Source of the DNA: Acidobacteriota bacterium | GTDB lineage: Bacteria; Acidobacteriota; Thermoanaerobaculia; Gp7-AA8 | Reading direction: 5' to 3' | NCBI GenBank assembly: GCA_021325515.1 | Contig: JAJPHC010000048.1 | Location: 6,742 to 70,741, forward strand | DNA: 64,000 nt | In this document: positions 58,559 through 64,000 of the stretch, in pieces | Position numbering within the stretch: the first letter of the stretch is position 1 | How the letters are laid out: every line of letters begins with the position of its first letter | Notes under the pieces: model-generated | Database searches by the model: none | Told to the model about the DNA's origin: nothing | Seen by the model: only the letters and a program-made list of their open reading frames with translations | Position numbers and translations under genes: made by a program

Positions 58559-61500
58559 TTGCACAACGCTGATGAACCGGAGTCATCGAACGTGGCCGAA
58601 GCACCGCCCTCTCCCAATTTTCAATTGCTCTTCGAGTCCGCGCCGGGACTCTATCTGGTCCTGACGCCCGATCTGCGCATCATCGCCGCGAGCGAGGCCT
58701 ATCTCCGCGCCACGATGACGCGGCGCGATGACATCCTCGGCCGTTATCTCTTCGACATCTTTCCCGACAACCCGGACGATCCCGCGGCCACCGGCGTCCG
58801 CAACCTCCGCACGTCGCTCGAACGCGTGCTGCACACGCGTACGGCCGACACGATGGCGGTGCAGAAATACGACGTGCGGCGCCCCGGCGGCGGGTTCGAG
58901 GAGCGGTATTGGAGTCCGCTCAACTCTCCCGTCCTCGATCCCGCCACGGGAGAGCTTGCCTACATCATCCACCGCGTGGAAGACGTGACCGATTTCATCC
59001 GGCTCACGCAATCCGATCAGCAGCGCCATCAGATGAATGAAGAGCTGCGTGCGAGGGCGGCGCGTATGGAAGCGGAGATCTATCTGCGCGCCGCCGAAGT
59101 CCAGGAAGCGAATCGCCGCCTCGAATCGGCGAACCACGATCTGGAGCTGGCGAACGAGCGCATTCGCATGCTCGACGAGTTGAAGAACCAGTTCTTCGCC
59201 AATGTGAGCCACGAGTTGCGCACCCCGCTCGCGCTGATCCTCGGGCCGGCGGAGACGCTGCTCCGGCAGGGCGGACAACCGCCCGAGGTTGCCAGACAAC
59301 TGGCGACGATCGAGCGAAATGCGAAGCTGCTGCTCAAGCACGTCAACGACCTGCTCGACATCGCGAAGCTGGAGGCAAAAAAGATTCAGCCCAGATACGC
59401 GCGCGTCGACGTTGCGAAATTTCTCCGGCGAGTCGCCGCGCATTTCGAGACGATCGCCGATTCACGCCACATCGAGCTCGAGATTCATACGCCGCCGCGG
59501 CTCGAAGCCGAGATCGATCCCGACAAGATCGAGCGCGCATTGCTGAATCTCCTCTCGAATGCGTTCAAGTTCGTCCCCGACGGCGGGATCATCGATTGTG
59601 AAGTGACGCTCGCCGCGGAGCATCAGATCGCGATCAGCGTCAGCGACAACGGGCCGGGAATCCCCGAGGAGTCGCGCAGCGCGGTGTTCGAGCGCTTCCG
59701 CCAGTTGGAAGGCGGCATGACGCGGAGTGCCGGCGGCACAGGCCTCGGGCTGGCGATCGTGAAAGAGTTCGTCGACCTCCATCACGGCAGCGTCGCGATC
59801 GAGACCTCGCGGCACGGCGGCGCGAAATTCGTCCTGCTACTTCCGCGCTGGGCGCCCGCCGGCACCGACGTCGGCGCCGGTCCGCAGTTGCCGCACGTCG
59901 ACACGCGGATCGCAGCCGAGAGCATTCACGCCGAGCTCGCAACCAGCCGGAGCACAGCGGCAGAAACCTCTGATGCCGCGCAGAGGCAGGCAGCAGAAGC
60001 GCCGCGCGTGCTCGTCGCGGAAGACAACGCGGAGATGCGCGAATTTCTCGCCGATGTGCTGAATCACGAGTGGTCCGTACACACTGTGCGCGATGGACGC
60101 GAAGCGCTGGAGGAGGCGCGCGTGCACATGCCCGACGTCATCGTGAGCGATCTGATGATGCCGGTGATGAGCGGAGAGGATCTGCTGCGCGCCATCAAAG
60201 CCGACGAGTCTCTCAAACATGTGCCGGTGCTGCTGCTGACGGCGCGCGCCGACGAAGGGGCCACGCTCGACCTTCTGCGGAAGGGTGCCGATGATTACGT
60301 CGCGAAGCCCTTCACGCCGGAAGAGCTGCGCCTGCGGGTTTCGCGGCTCATCACGATCAAGCGGACGCGCGAGCTGATGCAGCGCGAGCTCGCCAGCTCC
60401 AGCGAAGATCTCGCGGAGCTCGGCAGCGAGCTGCGCAACGCCCTCACGGCGCTGCGGCTCAAGGAAGATCTCCTGCGCCGCGCTCTCGAAACCTCGGACA
60501 AAGCCAATCGCTCGAAGGACGAGTTCCTTCTCGTCCTCTCCCACGAGTTGCGCACGCCGCTCACGTCGATCGTCGGATGGGTCGAGATCCTGCGCATGGG
60601 CACCTGCGATTTCGAGACGATGCGAAACGGACTCGAGGCGATCCGGCGCAGTGCCCAACTGCAGACTGCTCTCGTCGAAGAGCTGCTCGACGTGTCGCGC
60701 ATCATCACAGGCAGGCTGCGGCTGGAGATGGAGCCCGTCGATCTCTCGCAACTCGCCGAGAAGGTCGTCGATTCGTTCCGGCCCGCGGCGGAGGCGAAGA
60801 ACATCTCGCTCGAGATCGCGGCACCGCGCGGCGGACCGCGCATCGGCGGTGATGGCAACCGCCTGCAGCAGGTGATCTGGAATCTCGTCTCGAACGCGCT
60901 GAAGTTCACGGCGAAGGGCGGATGCGTGAGCGTCAGCGTGGCGTATCGCGGCCGCGATGCGGTGATCGAAGTGTCGGACACGGGCGCAGGCATCGCGCCG
61001 GAATTTCTGCCCGAGGTGTTCGACCGGTTTCGCCAGGCGGACAGCTCGACGACGCGGCAGGCAGGAGGTCTTGGACTCGGCCTCTCGATCGTCCATCACC
61101 TCGTCGAGCTTCACGGCGGCACGGTTGCCGCGGAGAGCGAAGGCCTCGGACGCGGTGCGACGTTTCGCGTGACGCTGCCGGCGCTCATCGGTGCGACGCC
61201 GCAGCCCGGCCCCGCGATCGATGTTCCGGCCGCGGATCGCGCGAACCTGAGCGGGCGATCGATTCTCGTCGTCGACGACGAACCGGCGACGATCGCGTTT
61301 CTCACGGCGTTTCTTCAACGCTGCGGCGCGAGAGTCCGAAGCGCGTCTTCAGCCAGCGAAGCACTCGCGGCGGTCGAGCGCGAGTGGCCGGAAATCCTGA
61401 TCACCGACATCGCGATGCCGCAGGAAGACGGCTTCGCGCTGCTGGCAAAAGTACGAGAGCGAAATCGCGACCTCACGGCGATCGCATTGACGGCTCACGC

Positions 61501-61627
61501 TCCTGCCGGCGACCGGAAGCGATTCATCGCCGCAGGCTTCGACGACTTCATCGCCAAGCCGGCGAGCCCCGCGCAGATTGCAGATGTAATCGTGCGGAGC
61601 ACGCGGCGAAAACAGCACGACATGTGA
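58559..61627 (+). CDS. Hybrid histidine kinase PAS-HisKA-HATPase-REC-HisKA-HATPase-REC; start may be GTG 58592
   Basis: Two SHELRTPL, two G-boxes, two receiver domains. Confidence 0.93.
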   Translation: MHNADEPESSNVAEAPPSPNFQLLFESAPGLYLVLTPDLRIIAASEAYLRATMTRRDDILGRYLFDIFPDNPDDPAATGVRNLRTSLERVLHTRTADTMAVQKYDVRRPGGGFEERYWSPLNSPVLDPATGELAYIIHRVEDVTDFIRLTQSDQQRHQMNEELRARAARMEAEIYLRAAEVQEANRRLESANHDLELANERIRMLDELKNQFFANVSHELRTPLALILGPAETLLRQGGQPPEVARQLATIERNAKLLLKHVNDLLDIAKLEAKKIQPRYARVDVAKFLRRVAAHFETIADSRHIELEIHTPPRLEAEIDPDKIERALLNLLSNAFKFVPDGGIIDCEVTLAAEHQIAISVSDNGPGIPEESRSAVFERFRQLEGGMTRSAGGTGLGLAIVKEFVDLHHGSVAIETSRHGGAKFVLLLPRWAPAGTDVGAGPQLPHVDTRIAAESIHAELATSRSTAAETSDAAQRQAAEAPRVLVAEDNAEMREFLADVLNHEWSVHTVRDGREALEEARVHMPDVIVSDLMMPVMSGEDLLRAIKADESLKHVPVLLLTARADEGATLDLLRKGADDYVAKPFTPEELRLRVSRLITIKRTRELMQRELASSSEDLAELGSELRNALTALRLKEDLLRRALETSDKANRSKDEFLLVLSHELRTPLTSIVGWVEILRMGTCDFETMRNGLEAIRRSAQLQTALVEELLDVSRIITGRLRLEMEPVDLSQLAEKVVDSFRPAAEAKNISLEIAAPRGGPRIGGDGNRLQQVIWNLVSNALKFTAKGGCVSVSVAYRGRDAVIEVSDTGAGIAPEFLPEVFDRFRQADSSTTRQAGGLGLGLSIVHHLVELHGGTVAAESEGLGRGATFRVTLPALIGATPQPGPAIDVPAADRANLSGRSILVVDDEPATIAFLTAFLQRCGARVRSASSASEALAAVEREWPEILITDIAMPQEDGFALLAKVRERNRDLTAIALTAHAPAGDRKRFIAAGFDDFIAKPASPAQIADVIVRSTRRKQHDM

Positions 61628-61636
61628 GCCGCGCGC

Positions 61637-62068
61637 TCAGGTACGGCTGCGCGATTTCCGCGGCCGCGGCGCGTCACGCCGCTCCCCACCTTGCTCACTC
61701 GCCCCGCTCACCGTCTGTGCGCAATGGAGAAGCGTGCTGAGGTCGAATGGCTTGTGGATGATTCCCGCCACGCGCTCGCGGGGAATCTGATGGAGGATCG
61801 CCGGCGACGCGGCGGTCATGACGAGGATCTTCGGCGGCTGCACCGCCGCACCGAGCTGTTCAATGACGCCCAGCCCGTCGAGCCGGGGCATCATCAGATC
61901 GAGCACGAGAAGGTCGTACTTCTGCTCCGAGAGTTTTTCGAGGGCCTCCACCCCATCGGTTGCGGAATCGACGGTGAATCCTTTCTTTTCCAGCGCTCGA
62001 GTGACCAGCAGGCGAATGGATGGCTCGTCGTCGACGACGAGCACGCGGATGATCGAATTAGTGTGCAC
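61637..62068 (-). CDS. Single-domain response regulator
   Basis: VLVVDDEP, LDLMMP, HKPF. Confidence 0.9.
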   Translation of the reverse strand: MHTNSIIRVLVVDDEPSIRLLVTRALEKKGFTVDSATDGVEALEKLSEQKYDLLVLDLMMPRLDGLGVIEQLGAAVQPPKILVMTAASPAILHQIPRERVAGIIHKPFDLSTLLHCAQTVSGASEQGGERRDAPRPRKSRSRT

Positions 62069-62098
62069 GCGCGACGCAAAGCAAGATCGCGACCATCG

Positions 62099-64000
62099 TC
62101 ACTCGGCGACGAGCTCCGCGATGATGCGGGCCAGTTGTGCAGGGTTGACGGGCTTCTGCACATATTCGCGGAATCCGGCCGAAAGCACGCGCATCTGATT
62201 CTCCTCGCGGCCATACGCGCTCAGCGCCAGCGCGGGAACATCGCGGCCCATCTTGTGCGTGAGGTCCTTGAGCCGCCGGATGAGCGCGTAGCCATCTTCG
62301 CCCGGCATCGCGATGTCGCTGATCACGAGATCGGCATCGTAGGAGCGCAGCGTTTCGATCGCCTCCCCCACCGAGGCCGAGACGCGGACGCCCGCACCAA
62401 ACTGCTCGAGGACTTTCTCGAGCATGTGCCGCGCTTCCTCGTCGTCATCGACGACGAGAATCCTGTAGCCGGTGAGCTGCTGCTGCATCGTCTGAATCTC
62501 TTCGGCATCGGCGGGATGCACGGCGCGGATCGGCAGCGTGACCACGAACTCCGCCCCGTTGCCGAGCCCTTCGCTGCGCGCTTCGACCGTCCCTCCGTGC
62601 AACTCCACGAGATGGCGGACGATGGCCAGGCCGAGACCGAGGCCGCTGTGGCTGCGCGTGGTCGTCGTCCCTTTTTCAGCCTGCCGGAATCGCTCGAACA
62701 CATGCGGCAGGAAGTCGGGAGCGATGCCGGCTCCGGAGTCGCGCACGCGAAGCACTGCACTGCTCCCTTCCTTCGCGAGCTTGACGGCGACGGTTCCTCC
62801 CGACGGCGTGAACTTGATCGCGTTCGACAACAGATTCCACACCACTTGCTGCAACCGCGTCGGATCGCCCCAGACGCTGACGGGATCGGGCGTGATGTCG
62901 GATTCGATCTTCACCCCCTGTTCTTCGGCCGTCGCGCTGTAGGTCGACGCGATCCGCTGCACGAGCGGACCCAGCTCGACGGGGCCGCGCTGCACGCGAA
63001 GCTTGCCGGCGATGATGCGCGAAACATCCATGAGGTCTTCGACCAGACGCGCTTGAACCTGCGTGCTCCCCTCGATCATGGCGATGGCCGTTTTCGCATC
63101 TTCGCTGTGCGGATCTTCCTTCAGCATCTGAAGCCAGCCGATGATGGCGGTCATCGGCGTGCGCAGTTCGTGCGCGAGCGTTGCGAGGAAGTCGTCTTTG
63201 GCCCGGTTCGCCTCCTGCGCTTCCTGAAAGAGACGCGCCTTCTGCACCGACGCCGACGTCATGGTCGCGAGTTGCACGAGCACGGCTTCATCCTCGGCCG
63301 TGAAGTCGCCGTCCGGCTTGTTGAGCAGCGCGATGAAGCCGAACGAAACGCCCTGGTCATCGGTGAGCGACGCGCAGATCGCATTGTGCGGCGAGCCCGG
63401 AGAACCGGCTGCCGAGAATGTGTGAGCCAACGCGGAATCCGCGCAGTCGCCGGACGAAAGACGGAGAGTCTCGGTGAATGTCTCGCGCAGCTCCTGATGG
63501 TGCTCGGTCAGGAACTGCCGCCACGCATCGTCGTCCGTCGACGCGGCGAAGATCGGCGGATACGCTTCCTCCGACGCTTCGATGCTGGTGACGGCGATGC
63601 TCGCTCCGAGCAGCTCGCGCGCGCGGTCGGTGAGCATCTGAATGACGGTGCCGAGAGACAGCGTCGACGCGATCGCCATCGATGCGTCGGCAAGGCTGGC
63701 CAGCCGTTCGGCGTGGAGTCTCTCAGCTTCGAGCAGCGTGCGGATGTGGTACTGCCGGTGCCGCGCGCGCAGAGCCGACCACGTCACGCTGAGCAACGTG
63801 TCGACGTGAATCGGCCGGTCGACCAGCGTGACATTCGCTCGCGGACCGAGCACACCGGCCAGCGCCGTTCTCGAGCCGGGCGTGAAGACGAGAAGCGGAA
63901 TGTCGGACCACGCCGGCTGGCCGTCGATCACCTTGCGTAGACGCGGAATCGATTCCGCCGTCAACGCCTCGGATGTGATCAGGACGGCGCCCGCACCGCG
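62099..64000 (-). CDS. Hybrid GAF-histidine kinase-REC; 5' end beyond the window
   Basis: AHELRTPM, GLGLGL, C-terminal REC; frame open to the window edge. Confidence 0.9.
   Translation of the reverse strand, partial: RGAGAVLITSEALTAESIPRLRKVIDGQPAWSDIPLLVFTPGSRTALAGVLGPRANVTLVDRPIHVDTLLSVTWSALRARHRQYHIRTLLEAERLHAERLASLADASMAIASTLSLGTVIQMLTDRARELLGASIAVTSIEASEEAYPPIFAASTDDDAWRQFLTEHHQELRETFTETLRLSSGDCADSALAHTFSAAGSPGSPHNAICASLTDDQGVSFGFIALLNKPDGDFTAEDEAVLVQLATMTSASVQKARLFQEAQEANRAKDDFLATLAHELRTPMTAIIGWLQMLKEDPHSEDAKTAIAMIEGSTQVQARLVEDLMDVSRIIAGKLRVQRGPVELGPLVQRIASTYSATAEEQGVKIESDITPDPVSVWGDPTRLQQVVWNLLSNAIKFTPSGGTVAVKLAKEGSSAVLRVRDSGAGIAPDFLPHVFERFRQAEKGTTTTRSHSGLGLGLAIVRHLVELHGGTVEARSEGLGNGAEFVVTLPIRAVHPADAEEIQTMQQQLTGYRILVVDDDEEARHMLEKVLEQFGAGVRVSASVGEAIETLRSYDADLVISDIAMPGEDGYALIRRLKDLTHKMGRDVPALALSAYGREENQMRVLSAGFREYVQKPVNPAQLARIIAELVAE

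Overview
GC-rich bacterial chromosome segment. Gene content and the style of its secreted Ig/PKD/Calx-beta proteins suggest Acidobacteriota, probably Thermoanaerobaculia; this is an inference. Core region (1-37.5 kb): an isobutyryl-CoA-mutase-type B12 mutase subunit (partial), alaS, recX, pilT, two tandem GspE/PilB ATPases, two membrane-fused spermidine-synthase-fold proteins, an Fpg/Nei glycosylase, an rlmI-like gene, rfbC, duplicated AI-2E transporters, tRNA-Val, tRNA-Asp and a frameshifted vWA gene. Accessory regions: (i) 37.5-44.7 kb after tRNA-Asp, encoding secreted proteins, one split by an apparently recent IS481 insertion; (ii) 44.7-53.9 kb, an RND efflux/two-component/beta-propeller/PepSY module with a repeated TTCAT-N6-TT(T/C)A box before each transcription unit; (iii) 54-58.4 kb, five secreted proteins including an LGFP-M23 peptidase. 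Hybrid kinases follow. Non-coding highlights: several hairpin elements built from 7-, 8- and 9-bp tandem repeats (including a three-unit array in which one loop is inverted), several REP-like families, and a recurrent leaderless-promoter pattern (TANNNT 6-8 nt before the start codon). Two unrelated secreted proteins share a basic C-terminal tail (PxRR(A)VxH/R) that may be a sorting signal. All calls were made by eye without database searches.
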